Assembly: GCF_000341395.1 (NCBI RefSeq)
Contig: NC_020304.1
Location: 2,280,001-2,312,000, forward strand
DNA: 32,000 nucleotides
Reading direction: 5' to 3'
Source: Desulfocapsa sulfexigens DSM 10523
GTDB taxonomy: Bacteria; Desulfobacterota; Desulfobulbia; Desulfobulbales; Desulfocapsaceae
In this document: positions 8,603 to 18,084 of the stretch, one piece after another
Numbering within the stretch: position 1 is the first letter of the stretch
How the letters are laid out: each line of letters opens with the position of its first letter
Notes under the pieces: generated by a model
Database searches by the model: none
Told to the model about the DNA's origin: nothing
What the model saw: the letters and a program-made list of their open reading frames with translations, nothing else
Position numbers and translations under genes: made by a program

Positions 8603-8678
8603 TTCTCCCTCAGAGTGTTGAGAAGAATCCATTGAATTATTTTAAAAAAACATTTTGAATCTATAAGGAGATTTGAAT

Positions 8679-10697
8679 ATGGCGTTACCAAATAAACCCA
8701 ACGGCGAGCTTAAGGCCGTTGAGAATCCCGAGATCGTTGAGCACGATGTTGACGTACTCATTGTTGGTGGTGGTATGGCTGCTTGCGGTACTGCTTTCGA
8801 GATCAAAAAATGGGCCAGCGATGACCTGAAGATTGTCCTTTGTGACAAAGCTTCCATGGAGCGTTCCGGTGCTGTTGCTCAGGGTCTGTCTGCTATCAAC
8901 ACCTATATTGGTGAGAATCCAATCGAAAACTACGTGAAGATGGTTCGTAATGACCTGATGGGCGTTGTTCGTGAGGATCTTATCTATGACTGTGGACGTC
9001 ACGTGGATGAGTCCGTTAAGCTTTTCGAAGAGTGGGGTCTCCCCGTTTGGAAGAAAGATGCTGATGGCGAAAACCTTGACGGTTCCAAGCCTGCCCCAAC
9101 CCTGCGTGAAGGTGGAACCCCTGTACGTACCGGTAAGTGGCAGATCATGATCAACGGTGAGTCTTATAAGTGTATCGTTGCTGAGCCCGCTAAAGCTGCC
9201 CTTGGTGAGGAAAACTGTCTTGAGCGTATCTTTATCGTGAAGATGCTTCTTGACAAAAACAAGCCAAATCAGATTGCTGGTGCTGTTGGTTTCTCTACCC
9301 GTGAAAACAAAGTACACGTTTTCCGTTGCAAAGCTGCTCTCGTAGCTTGTGGTGGTGCTGTTAACATCTTCCGTCCCCGGTCTACCGGTGAGGGTAAAGG
9401 TCGTGCATGGTATCCAGTATGGAATGCCGGTTCCACCTACACCATGTGTGGTCAGGTTGGTGCAACCATGACCATGATGGAAAATCGTTTCACCCCCGCT
9501 CGTTTTAAAGATGGATACGGACCTGTTGGTGCCTGGTTCCTTCTTTTTAAAGCTAAGGTTCAGAATGGTCTTGGTGAGTTTTATGCAAACACTGATGCCG
9601 TGAAAGATGAGCTTGAGAAGTTCATGCCTTATGGTGCTTCTGCTGTTACTCCTACCTGTCTTCGTAACCACTTGATGCTCAACGAGTTGAAAGAAGGTCG
9701 CGGACCAATCTACATGGCCACCGATGTTGCCCTGAATGCCTTCCTTGATGAACGTCGCGAAGCTGGAATGGACGAGAAGTCTCTGAAGAAATTCTGGAAA
9801 CACCTCGAGTCTGAAGCATGGGAAGATTTCCTTGATATGTCCGTTGGACAGGCTGGCCTTTGGGCTGGTGCCAACGTTGAGCCTGAGAAAGTAGGTTCTG
9901 AAATCATGCCAACCGAACCTTACCTCCTTGGTTCTCACTCCGGTTGTTGTGGTATCTGGACTTCAGGTCCCGATGAAGCTTGGGTTCCAGATGTTGCCAA
10001 TGATTCCCGCGCTCATAAGTACAAATGGGGATACAATCGTATGACCACCGTTGACGGACTCTTCACCGCTGGTGATGGTGTTGGTGCTTCCGGTCATAAG
10101 TTCTCCTCAGGTGCTCATGCTGAAGGACGTATCGTTGCTAAGCAGCTAGTGAAATTCTGTCGTGATAACGCTGACTTCAAGCCAGAGCTGAAGCAGACCG
10201 CACAGGAACTTGCAGACGAAGTTTACGCTCCAGTTAAACTGTACAATGAGCATGTCGGTGCTTCCACAAGCTCCAACGTTAACCCCAACTTCTGCAAGCC
10301 TGCAGGTATCATGATGCGTCTCATGAAAGCCACCGATGAGTATGGTGGTGGTGTTGCGACATACTACATGACCTCTGGTAAACTGCTGGGTATTTGTATG
10401 GATCTTCTCAAGCTTCTTCGCGAAGATGCAGAGAAAATGGCCGCTGGCGATCTTCATGAATTGCTTCGTGCCTGGGAGAATTACCATCGTATCTGGTGTG
10501 TAGAGATGCATATCCGTCACATTCAGTTCCGTGAGGAATCCCGCTACCCAGGATTCTACTACAGATCTGACTTCCCAACCTGTGATGACGAGAACTGGAA
10601 AGTTTTTGTTAACTCTACTTTCAATCCTGAGACTCAGGAGTGGTTGTGTGAGAAGGTTGAGTGTATTAACATCGTAGAGACCGACCCCTGGATCTAA
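8679..10697 (+). CDS. aprA: Adenylylsulfate (APS) reductase, alpha subunit (FAD flavoprotein)
   Basis: FAD-binding fold DVLIVGGGMAACGTAFE. Fumarate-reductase-family flavoprotein of about 670 aa that follows aprB. Start placed at ATG 8679 (MALPNK...), 8 nt after AAGGAG, rather than the track's TTG at 8673. Codon use is strongly biased (GGT, CGT, GCT, TTC). Confidence 0.96.
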   Translation: MALPNKPNGELKAVENPEIVEHDVDVLIVGGGMAACGTAFEIKKWASDDLKIVLCDKASMERSGAVAQGLSAINTYIGENPIENYVKMVRNDLMGVVREDLIYDCGRHVDESVKLFEEWGLPVWKKDADGENLDGSKPAPTLREGGTPVRTGKWQIMINGESYKCIVAEPAKAALGEENCLERIFIVKMLLDKNKPNQIAGAVGFSTRENKVHVFRCKAALVACGGAVNIFRPRSTGEGKGRAWYPVWNAGSTYTMCGQVGATMTMMENRFTPARFKDGYGPVGAWFLLFKAKVQNGLGEFYANTDAVKDELEKFMPYGASAVTPTCLRNHLMLNELKEGRGPIYMATDVALNAFLDERREAGMDEKSLKKFWKHLESEAWEDFLDMSVGQAGLWAGANVEPEKVGSEIMPTEPYLLGSHSGCCGIWTSGPDEAWVPDVANDSRAHKYKWGYNRMTTVDGLFTAGDGVGASGHKFSSGAHAEGRIVAKQLVKFCRDNADFKPELKQTAQELADEVYAPVKLYNEHVGASTSSNVNPNFCKPAGIMMRLMKATDEYGGGVATYYMTSGKLLGICMDLLKLLREDAEKMAAGDLHELLRAWENYHRIWCVEMHIRHIQFREESRYPGFYYRSDFPTCDDENWKVFVNSTFNPETQEWLCEKVECINIVETDPWI

Positions 10698-10729
10698 TCC
10701 AAGGCTGTAGGACATACGCATGATAACAA

Positions 10730-10762
10730 TCTCCAGGAGTCTTCGGACTTCTGGAGATTTTT
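10730..10762 (+). terminator. Intrinsic terminator/attenuator hairpin between aprA and qmoA
   Basis: tctccaggagtc-TTCG-gacttctggaga forms a 12-bp stem (one G:U pair) closed by a UUCG tetraloop, followed by TTTTT (10758-10762). It begins 33 nt after the aprA stop. Confidence 0.6.
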
Positions 10763-10962
10763 ACTATGTGGCACTTGTGGTTGATTAGAGGCAAGGAAAT
10801 GGGAATCTTTCCTTTATTCTGATGAGTTACAATGTTAAAAAAAAGAGCCTTTGATTCTTGAATTTGTTTGTTCTTAAATTGAAGCGTACTGAATGTCAGA
10901 ATTGCACTTGACCGGAAGTATGTTTTCAAAGGTAAATATTAAGAGTACTAATGGAGGTTGGT

Positions 10963-12225
10963 ATGACTGACGAGCAAGGCACTTCCGGTGCAATTTTGGT
11001 CGTAGGCGGTGGTATCAGCGGGCTCACTGCAGCCCTTGAAGCCGCTGAAGTCGGTAATGATGTGTACCTGGTCGAGAAAAATGCGTATTTTGGCGGTCGT
11101 GTGGCACAGCTGAACCAGTATTTCCCCAAACTGTGTCCCCCTAGCTGTGGACTGGAAATTAACTTTAAACGTATTAAGGATAACCGTCGTATCCGTACCT
11201 ACACTATGACAAGCGTAACAGCTGTGAGTGGTGGACCCGGAAATTACGAGGTTACTCTCGAAACATCACCCCGCTATGTCAATAGCAACTGTACTGCATG
11301 TGGCGAATGTGCTGATGCTTGTCCAGATGAAATTGACAACGAGTTTAACTTTGGAATGAATAAATCCAAAGCAGCTTATCTTCCACATGAGATGGCCTTC
11401 CCTCGTCGTTATGTGATCAACAAAGAGGCACTCACCTCTGCAGGTGCCGATGCTGTTAAGGCCTCCTGTAAATATGGTGCTGTTGATCTTGATATGGCGA
11501 CAGAAAGTAAAACAATCAATGTTGCATCCATTATCTGGGCCACAGGCTGGACACCTTATGATCCAACCAAAATGGACAATCTGAAGTTCAATGAATCCAA
11601 TGCCATTGTCACCAATATGATGATTGAGCGTATGGCAGCACCTGGTGGACCCACCAATGGTGCAATTCTTCGTCCCGGTGATAATAAAGAACCAGAATCT
11701 TTTGCTTTTGTTCAGTGTGCTGGATCCCGTGATGAAAATCATCTTGAGTTCTGTTCATACATCTGTTGTATGGCCACATTCAAACAGATGACGTACATCA
11801 GAGAACGCTACCCTGAAGCAAAAATTTATGTCTTTTATATTGACCTTCGTACTCCCGGTAAATACGAGAAATTCCGTGAGAAACTCATGAAGGATGCAAA
11901 CTCAACATTTATCAAGGGTAAAGTTGCTGAAATTATCCCCGAGTCCGATGGTTCTGTTACTGTTGTTGCAGAAAATGCAGTAACTGGTGAGAAGATCAAA
12001 CAGAATGTTGATATGGCAGTTCTTGCTACCGGTATGCAGCCATCTCTTGCTGTTAATGGTACTCCTGTTGCACTTGACACGGATCCAAGCGGTTTTGTTA
12101 ATTCAAATCCCGAGACCGGTGTGTTATCTGCAGGTTGTGCATGCAGAGCCGCCGACGTTGTTACAAGTAATCAGTCAGCAACAGCTGCTGCCCTGAAGGC
12201 AATTCAGGTTTCCAGGAGGTCATAA
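10963..12225 (+). CDS. qmoA: Quinone-interacting membrane-bound oxidoreductase complex subunit A (HdrA-like flavoprotein)
   Basis: FAD dinucleotide fold ILVVGGGISGLTAALEAAEVG. HdrA-like Cys motifs (CTACGECADACP). Located directly downstream of aprBA and upstream of qmoBC. Start set at ATG 10963, 5 nt after GGAGG. The in-frame ATG at 10951 is the alternative. Confidence 0.9.
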   Translation: MTDEQGTSGAILVVGGGISGLTAALEAAEVGNDVYLVEKNAYFGGRVAQLNQYFPKLCPPSCGLEINFKRIKDNRRIRTYTMTSVTAVSGGPGNYEVTLETSPRYVNSNCTACGECADACPDEIDNEFNFGMNKSKAAYLPHEMAFPRRYVINKEALTSAGADAVKASCKYGAVDLDMATESKTINVASIIWATGWTPYDPTKMDNLKFNESNAIVTNMMIERMAAPGGPTNGAILRPGDNKEPESFAFVQCAGSRDENHLEFCSYICCMATFKQMTYIRERYPEAKIYVFYIDLRTPGKYEKFREKLMKDANSTFIKGKVAEIIPESDGSVTVVAENAVTGEKIKQNVDMAVLATGMQPSLAVNGTPVALDTDPSGFVNSNPETGVLSAGCACRAADVVTSNQSATAAALKAIQVSRRS

Positions 12226-12228
12226 TCA

Positions 12229-14481
12229 ATGGATAAGAAAATTTGTACCTATATATGTACAGGTTGTGGCATAGGAGAAGCCCTCGATATTGATGAGCTC
12301 TCTGGTGTTGTAACTGGTGAGATGTCACAGGAATGTAAAACCCATTCTGCTCTTTGCGGGCCTGAGGGGCGAGCGTTCCTTGAGAATGAAAAAAGTAGTG
12401 AAGGTATCAACACCTTTAATATCTGCGCCTGTTCTCCTCGTGTTATGCAAAGAGAGTTTGATATGGGCGATGATTGCATCACCGTTCGTGCCAACCTTCG
12501 TGAGCAGGTAATCTGGTCAGCTGGAGAGGCTGAAGAAGGCCAGGAAGATACTCATAAGGAATGGTTGCAGGAAACTGCAAGTGATTACATTCGTATGTCC
12601 TGTACCCGTGCCAAAAAAACTGAAATGCCTGAAGCCTATGAAATGGAATCCATGAACAAGGATATCCTGGTTATGGGTGGTGGTATTGCAGGGATGACTG
12701 CTGCTATTGAAGCTGCAAAGGCTGGTTCTAAGGTCACCATTATTGAAAAAGCTGATGTTCTTGGCGGAAAGGCTAACGGTTGGGCTAAACAGTTTCCAAC
12801 TTCCTATCCCTATGCTGAACTTGAAGAAAACTCCATTGGAGCAATGATTGCCGAGGTTGAAGCCAGTGCAAATATCACCGTAAAAACCGCGACTGAGGTT
12901 GCTCGTATCGGCGGTGCTCCCGGTGCTTTCAACGTTACTCTTAAAGCAGCTGGAACAAAATCAGAGTGGGATGCTCCTGCCAAGGTTGGAGTAGATGAGC
13001 AGGAACTGATTGATAAAGGAGAAATGGAAGATCCTAATGCTGGTCTTCAGCCCTATGCAAAAGCTAATGATGCTGGAGAGAGCTTCGGTGCAGTAGTTCT
13101 TGCAACGGGTTGGATCCCTGCTGATGTCTCAGAATACGAGCATCTTGGTTATGGTAGCAACGATAAGGTCGTCACCAACGCTGAGTTTGAGGCCATGGCT
13201 AAAAACGGCAAACTTGATGGCGTCAAAAAGGTTGCTTTCATTATGAGCCCTGGTGCAGATGAGCATGATGAGGATTTTCCTTATGCTAACTCTGTAACTT
13301 CAATGGTTGCCTTGAAGCAGGCCAAATATGTTCGTGAGAGCAATGCAGACGCCCAAGCCTATATTCTCTATCAGCACATGCGTACTCCTGGTAACATGGA
13401 GCTTTTCTATAAAGGTGTGCAGCAGGATGATGGAATATTCATGACCAAGGCAACTGTTACAGGTGTTGAGGGTGGAACCGTTCATGCAAAAGACACGCTT
13501 CTTGGAGAAGATCTTGATCTTGAAGTTGATCTTGTAGTACTTGCTGCTGGTATGGTACCCACTACCAAAGTTGAGAATACCATCAATCTGGCCTATCGTC
13601 AGGGGCCTAAATTTCTTGATCTGGATCTCTTTGACGGGTACGCAGATTCTCATTTTATCTGCTTTCCATATGAAACACGCCGTACTGGTATTTATGCCTG
13701 TGGTGGTGTTCGTAAAGCGATGAATATGCAGGAGACCATAGATGATGCCACCGGTGCGGCACTCAAAGCCATTCAGGCCATTGAGTCTACTGATCGTGGT
13801 GTCTCTGTTCATCCTCGCTCAGGAGATAAAACATATCCTGAGTTTTTTATGCAGAGATGTACTCAGTGTAAGCGTTGTACTGAGGAATGTCCATTTGGCG
13901 CACTTGATGATGATGAAAAGGGAACACCACTTCCGAACCCATCACGCTGTCGTCGCTGTGGTACCTGTATGGGCGCCTGTCCAGAGCGTATTATCGGATT
14001 CAAGGATTACAATATCGACCTGATCGGTTCTATGATTAAGGCTATTGAAGTTCCTGAAGAGGATGATGACAAGTTGCGGATTATAGTTTTTGCCTGTGAG
14101 AACGATGCCTATCCCGCCATTGATATGGCCGGAATGCGGAAGCATAAGCTCAGTCATATGATAAGAGTTATTCCGGTTCGCTGCCTTGGTTCCGTTAATA
14201 TGGCCTGGATTCGTGATTCAATGTCCGCCGGTTTTGACGGTGCAATGCTTCTTGGATGTAAATATGGGGATGACTATCAGTGCCATTTTGTTAAGGGGTC
14301 TGAGATAGCCACCAAGCGTATGGAGAACATAGGTGATTCTCTCTCAACTCTGGGAATTGAACCTGAGCGTGCAAAGTCAGAATCTGTTGCAATTACTGAC
14401 TATGACAAAATTTCTGACATTTTAGGCGAATTTGTTGAGGAAATTGTCGAAATGGGTCCAAATCCATTCAAGGGTTTTTAG
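12229..14481 (+). CDS. qmoB: Qmo complex subunit B (HdrA-like flavoprotein with 2x[4Fe-4S] and C-terminal MvhD-like domain)
   Basis: FAD fold ILVMGGGIAGMTAAIEAAKAG. Ferredoxin motifs CTQCKRCTEECP and CRRCGTCMGACP. C-terminal MvhD-type region (IVFACENDAYPA...IPVRCLGSVN...GAMLLGCKYGDDYQCHF). Confidence 0.92.
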   Translation: MDKKICTYICTGCGIGEALDIDELSGVVTGEMSQECKTHSALCGPEGRAFLENEKSSEGINTFNICACSPRVMQREFDMGDDCITVRANLREQVIWSAGEAEEGQEDTHKEWLQETASDYIRMSCTRAKKTEMPEAYEMESMNKDILVMGGGIAGMTAAIEAAKAGSKVTIIEKADVLGGKANGWAKQFPTSYPYAELEENSIGAMIAEVEASANITVKTATEVARIGGAPGAFNVTLKAAGTKSEWDAPAKVGVDEQELIDKGEMEDPNAGLQPYAKANDAGESFGAVVLATGWIPADVSEYEHLGYGSNDKVVTNAEFEAMAKNGKLDGVKKVAFIMSPGADEHDEDFPYANSVTSMVALKQAKYVRESNADAQAYILYQHMRTPGNMELFYKGVQQDDGIFMTKATVTGVEGGTVHAKDTLLGEDLDLEVDLVVLAAGMVPTTKVENTINLAYRQGPKFLDLDLFDGYADSHFICFPYETRRTGIYACGGVRKAMNMQETIDDATGAALKAIQAIESTDRGVSVHPRSGDKTYPEFFMQRCTQCKRCTEECPFGALDDDEKGTPLPNPSRCRRCGTCMGACPERIIGFKDYNIDLIGSMIKAIEVPEEDDDKLRIIVFACENDAYPAIDMAGMRKHKLSHMIRVIPVRCLGSVNMAWIRDSMSAGFDGAMLLGCKYGDDYQCHFVKGSEIATKRMENIGDSLSTLGIEPERAKSESVAITDYDKISDILGEFVEEIVEMGPNPFKGF

Positions 14482-14620
14482 GTCTGTTATTTTATCGGGT
14501 ATCGGTGTGACTCTTCTTGCAAAAAAGGGAGAACACCGGTACCATGTTCAATTTAATTGAAAATTAATATTTTTAAAATATTGCTATACGACTTGATAAA
14601 AGAACAGGAGGAGTAGAACC

Positions 14621-15820
14621 ATGGATGTTCAGCCCGATTTAGATTTTATTAGATATTTGAAAACAGCTGGCGGTGACACTATGAAAAAGTGTTACCAATG
14701 TGCCACCTGTTCAGTAGTGTGTCCGTTGTCCACTGAAGAAAACCCTTTTCCACGTCAGGAAATGATCTTGGCTGGTTGGGGACTTAAAGATAAGCTTGTT
14801 GCTGATCCTAATGTTTTTCTTTGTCATCAGTGTGGAGATTGTACAGCATATTGTCCGCGTGGTGCAAAACCTGGTGATGTGCTTGGTGCAATCCGTGCCT
14901 ATGCATATACTGCCCTTGGATGGCCAACTGGTCTTGCAAAACTTGCATCCACCGCAAAAGGCCTTCCTATGCTGATTGCAATTCCAACTGTTGTTATATT
15001 CGTTCTTTGGGCGATTTCTGGTGGAATGACAATACCAGGAGCAGAAGAGTTCGCAAAACATGGATATCAGCGTTTCTTTGGCCACTGGGACTTCCATTGG
15101 TTATCAAAAAATGTTGCTTTTATTGATTTCTTTATGCTTGCAGCCGCTGGTCTTGCAGTTGTTGCCTCCTATAAAGGGGTAACGAAGATGTGGAAACAGA
15201 TGTGCGAGAGGGAAGGAGTTGATCCCAATTTCAAACCTTCAATGGTTCAGATGGTTCAGAATTTTGTATGGCCATCTGTCCTAGAGATTGTAAAGCACAC
15301 CCGCTTTAAAGAATGTGGTACTAACCGCAATCGTGAAACTGGTCATAAGCCACTGATGTGGGCTTTTGGTGGCCTTTTTATCGTTACTGCATGGTCTGCT
15401 TTTGCTAACGATGTTCTTGGCTTGTGGATTCCAAGTCTTCATGGTCCCATGTCTGTATGGAATCCTGTTAAAATTCTTGCCAACGTCTCTGCTGTTGCAA
15501 TGATTGTTGGGGTTGGAATTTTATGGATGAATCGTTCCAAGGCTGAGTCTGAAGATAACATCAGTCCAACCTTTTATGACTGGTTTCTTATTTGGGAAAT
15601 AATGGCTGTTGGCGTTACCGGTCTTCTTGCTGAAGTTGCTCGTTGGGCCGGACTTGCTGCACCTGGGTATATTATTTATTTTATCCACCTTGTAACTGTT
15701 ATGATGCTCTTTATGTATATGCCATATACAAAATTTGCTCACCTTATTTATCGTACAACCGCAATGACCTTTGAGAGGTATCGTGAAAGTGCTTTTGTGA
15801 AAAATCCTCTTAATGAATAG
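14621..15820 (+). CDS. qmoC: Qmo complex subunit C (2x[4Fe-4S] domain fused to HdrE/NarI-like membrane cytochrome b)
   Basis: N-terminal CYQCATCSVVCP and CHQCGDCTAYCP. The C-terminal two-thirds are strongly hydrophobic (about 5-6 TM segments) with conserved His residues. Third gene of the qmo set. Confidence 0.9.
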   Translation: MDVQPDLDFIRYLKTAGGDTMKKCYQCATCSVVCPLSTEENPFPRQEMILAGWGLKDKLVADPNVFLCHQCGDCTAYCPRGAKPGDVLGAIRAYAYTALGWPTGLAKLASTAKGLPMLIAIPTVVIFVLWAISGGMTIPGAEEFAKHGYQRFFGHWDFHWLSKNVAFIDFFMLAAAGLAVVASYKGVTKMWKQMCEREGVDPNFKPSMVQMVQNFVWPSVLEIVKHTRFKECGTNRNRETGHKPLMWAFGGLFIVTAWSAFANDVLGLWIPSLHGPMSVWNPVKILANVSAVAMIVGVGILWMNRSKAESEDNISPTFYDWFLIWEIMAVGVTGLLAEVARWAGLAAPGYIIYFIHLVTVMMLFMYMPYTKFAHLIYRTTAMTFERYRESAFVKNPLNE

Positions 15821-15842
15821 TTTTTATAGGGAAGTATGAGTT

Positions 15843-15876
15843 AAGGCTGTGTCTTCGGGCACAGCCTTTTTTTTTG
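15843..15876 (+). terminator. Rho-independent terminator after qmoC
   Basis: aaggctgtgtc-TTCG-ggcacagcctt forms an 11-bp stem (one G:U pair) with a UUCG tetraloop, followed by a run of nine T. It begins 23 nt after the qmoC stop. Confidence 0.78.
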
Positions 15877-15993
15877 TTTGACAAATCGTTGAAAAGTAAT
15901 GGTGTTTCGGTGTAATAGATATTGTTGGTTGTTTGGAACACATTCAATCAGTAGTAAAATTAAGGAATTTTATCATCATAATCAAAATAAATA

Positions 15994-16022
15994 TTGTAAT
16001 TAAAAATCCTTTTGGGTATATT
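15994..16022 (+). promoter_or_regulatory. Putative promoter of the tRNA-tuf transcription unit (-35 TTGTAA, 17 nt, -10 TATATT)
   Basis: TTGTAA at 15994-15999, a 17-nt spacer, TATATT at 16017-16022. An A/T-rich UP-like tract lies upstream (atcatcataatcaaaataaata). The predicted start falls a few nt before tRNA-Thr. Sequence match only. Confidence 0.4.
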
Positions 16023-16036
16023 CTTTCACCTTGTAC

Positions 16037-16112
16037 GCTGGCGTAGCTCAATTGGCAGAGCACCTGATTTGTAATCAGGATGTTGCGGGTTCAAGTCCCA
16101 TCGCCAGCTCCA
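16037..16112 (+). tRNA. tRNA-Thr (anticodon UGU), 76 nt, CCA encoded
   Basis: Folded by hand: acceptor GCTGGCG/CGCCAGC, D arm GCTC..GAGC, anticodon arm CCTGA-TTTGTAA-TCAGG, T loop TTCAAGT, terminal TCCA. The T stem has one C:A mismatch plus a G:U pair. Confidence 0.9.
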
Positions 16113-16183
16113 GTTGCACAGAGTATTTGGTATATCCAATTATTAATAAGCTGTAAGAGTAAATAGTTTGGTGTTTTAGTTGT

Positions 16184-16268
16184 GGAGGGGTTCCCGAGTG
16201 GCCAAAGGGAACAGACTGTAAATCTGTCGTCAGAGACTTCGGAGGTTCGAATCCTCCCCCCTCCACCA
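16184..16268 (+). tRNA. tRNA-Tyr (anticodon GUA), 85 nt, long variable arm, CCA encoded
   Basis: Acceptor GGAGGGG/CCCCTCC, anticodon arm ACAGA-CTGTAAA-TCTGT, long extra arm, T arm GGAGG-TTCGAAT-CCTCC, terminal ACCA. Confidence 0.95.
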
Positions 16269-16299
16269 CCTGTATTTTATAAGATAAGCAGATATTATT

Positions 16300-16375
16300 G
16301 CGGGAATAGCTCAATTGGTAGAGCATCAGCCTTCCAAGCTGAGGGTTGCGAGTTCGAGTCTCGTTTCCCGCTCCA
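16300..16375 (+). tRNA. tRNA-Gly (anticodon UCC), 76 nt, CCA encoded
   Basis: Acceptor GCGGGAA/TTCCCGC, anticodon arm TCAGC-CTTCCAA-GCTGA, T arm GCGAG-TTCGAGT-CTCGT, terminal TCCA. Confidence 0.95.
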
Positions 16376-16404
16376 TACGATATCTGTTTTTTTTTATTTT
16401 AAAT

Positions 16405-16480
<76 letters not shown>

Positions 16481-16531
16481 TCATCCATCGTTTTTTTAAT
16501 TATAAATTGACGGCCAGAGGAGACTACGACT

Positions 16532-17722
16532 ATGTCAAAAGTGAAATTTGAAAGGACTAAACCGCATGTCAATGTAGGTACCGTTGGTCATATTGATCAT
16601 GGTAAAACCACTCTGACTGCTGCAATAACAGCTGTACAGGCAACCAAGGGATTCGCCCAGTTTACTGACTTCAGTAATATTGATAAGGCTCCAGAGGAAA
16701 AAGAGCGCGGAATTACCATCGCAACAGCTCACGTTGAGTATGAGACTGAGAATCGTCATTACGCTCATGTGGATTGTCCTGGTCATGCTGACTATATTAA
16801 AAACATGATCACAGGTGCCGCACAGATGGACGGTGCTATTCTGGTGGTTGGTGCAGATGATGGTGCCATGCCTCAGACTCGTGAGCATATCCTTCTTGCG
16901 CGTCAGGTAGGTGTTCCTGCAATTGTTGTTTTCCTCAACAAATGCGACATGGTAGACGATGAAGAGCTTATCGAACTCGTTGAGATGGAGCTTCGTGAAC
17001 TCCTGGACAAATATGAATTTCCAGGCGATGATATTCCAATCATTCATGGCTCAGCTCTGAAGGCTCTTGAAAATCCAACGGATCCTGAAGCCGCTAAATG
17101 CATCAATGAATTGATGGAAGCCATCGATACATATATTCCTGAGCCTAAGCGTGATGTTGATCAGCCTTTCCTTATGCCTGTCGAGGATGTTTTTTCGATT
17201 TCTGGTCGTGGTACAGTTGCCACCGGTCGAATAGAGCGTGGGATCGTCCATGTTGGTGATGAGATAGAGATAGTAGGAATTAAAGATACCGTGAAGACCA
17301 CCTGTACCGGTGTTGAGATGTTCCGAAAACTGCTTGATGAAGGTCAGGCTGGTGATAATATTGGAGCTCTTCTTCGTGGCGTGAAACGTGAAGACATTGA
17401 GCGTGGACAAGTTCTCGCGAAGCCAGGTAGCATTAAGCCGCACACCAGTTTCAAGGCGGAGTGTTACATTCTTGGAAAAGATGAGGGCGGACGTCATACC
17501 CCATTCTTTAACGGATATCGTCCTCAGTTTTATTTCAGAACAACTGACGTAACAGGTGTTATAACCCTCCCCGAGGGAGTTGAGATGGTAATGCCTGGTG
17601 ACAACGTTCATGTTGTAGGCGAGCTTATCACCCCGATTGCAATGGATGTCGGTCTTCGTTTTGCTATCCGTGAGGGTGGTAGAACCGTCGGTGCTGGTGT
17701 TGTAAGCGAAATAATCGAATAA
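16532..17722 (+). CDS. tuf: Translation elongation factor Tu
   Basis: 396 aa. [52 protein letters not shown]. Unmistakable EF-Tu. Confidence 0.98.
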   Translation: MSKVKFERTKPHVNVGTVGHIDHGKTTLTAAITAVQATKGFAQFTDFSNIDKAPEEKERGITIATAHVEYETENRHYAHVDCPGHADYIKNMITGAAQMDGAILVVGADDGAMPQTREHILLARQVGVPAIVVFLNKCDMVDDEELIELVEMELRELLDKYEFPGDDIPIIHGSALKALENPTDPEAAKCINELMEAIDTYIPEPKRDVDQPFLMPVEDVFSISGRGTVATGRIERGIVHVGDEIEIVGIKDTVKTTCTGVEMFRKLLDEGQAGDNIGALLRGVKREDIERGQVLAKPGSIKPHTSFKAECYILGKDEGGRHTPFFNGYRPQFYFRTTDVTGVITLPEGVEMVMPGDNVHVVGELITPIAMDVGLRFAIREGGRTVGAGVVSEIIE

Positions 17723-17732
17723 TTAAAATTTT

Positions 17733-17773
17733 CAAACCACCTTGGAGTATCTTCTCCTGGTGGTTTGGTTTTT
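17733..17773 (+). terminator. Intrinsic terminator/attenuator after tuf
   Basis: caaaccacc(tt)ggag-tatctt-ctcc(t)ggtggtttg gives 13 bp in two helices with a small internal loop, followed by G then TTTTT. It begins 11 nt after the tuf stop and lies 14 nt upstream of rpmG. Confidence 0.55.
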
Positions 17774-17786
17774 ATAAGGATTTACC

Positions 17787-17936
17787 ATGAGAGATATCGT
17801 CACCCTTGCCTGTGGTACATGCAAGCGTCGTAATTATACGACGACTAAAAATAAAAGAAACACTCCAGGAAAATTGGAGTTTAAAAAATATTGTCCATTT
17901 TGCAGGTCACATATACCGCACAAAGAGACGAAATAG
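17787..17936 (+). CDS. rpmG: 50S ribosomal protein L33 (zinc-ribbon form)
   Basis: This ORF is below the track's length cutoff, so I translated it by hand: [49 protein letters not shown] (49 aa). It has CxxC...CxxC and the L33 signature KNKRNTP..LE.KKYCP. Canonical position before tRNA-Trp-secE-nusG. Confidence 0.9.
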   Translation: MRDIVTLACGTCKRRNYTTTKNKRNTPGKLEFKKYCPFCRSHIPHKETK

Positions 17937-17949
17937 TCTTTTTTAATAC

Positions 17950-18026
17950 AGGCCAGTAGCTCTAATTGGTAGAGCGCCGGACTCCAAATCCGGATGCTGG
18001 GGGTTCGAGTCCCTCCTGGCCTGCCA
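17950..18026 (+). tRNA. tRNA-Trp (anticodon CCA), 77 nt, CCA end encoded
   Basis: Acceptor AGGCCAG/CTGGCCT, anticodon arm CCGGA-CTCCAAA-TCCGG, T arm GGGGG-TTCGAGT-CCCTC, terminal GCCA. Confidence 0.95.
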
Positions 18027-18084
18027 TATGTAGGTGTGTGTTTTCGACAGAATTAACCGTATTAACAGGAAGTGGTTATTGGAA

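Noticed and set aside
10769-10786. Sigma54-like element TGGCAC-N-TTGA just downstream of the aprA terminator.
   Set aside because: The -24 TGGCAC is perfect, but the -12 element is TTGA rather than TTGC and is displaced by one base from the strict GG-N10-GC spacing. Probably a chance match.
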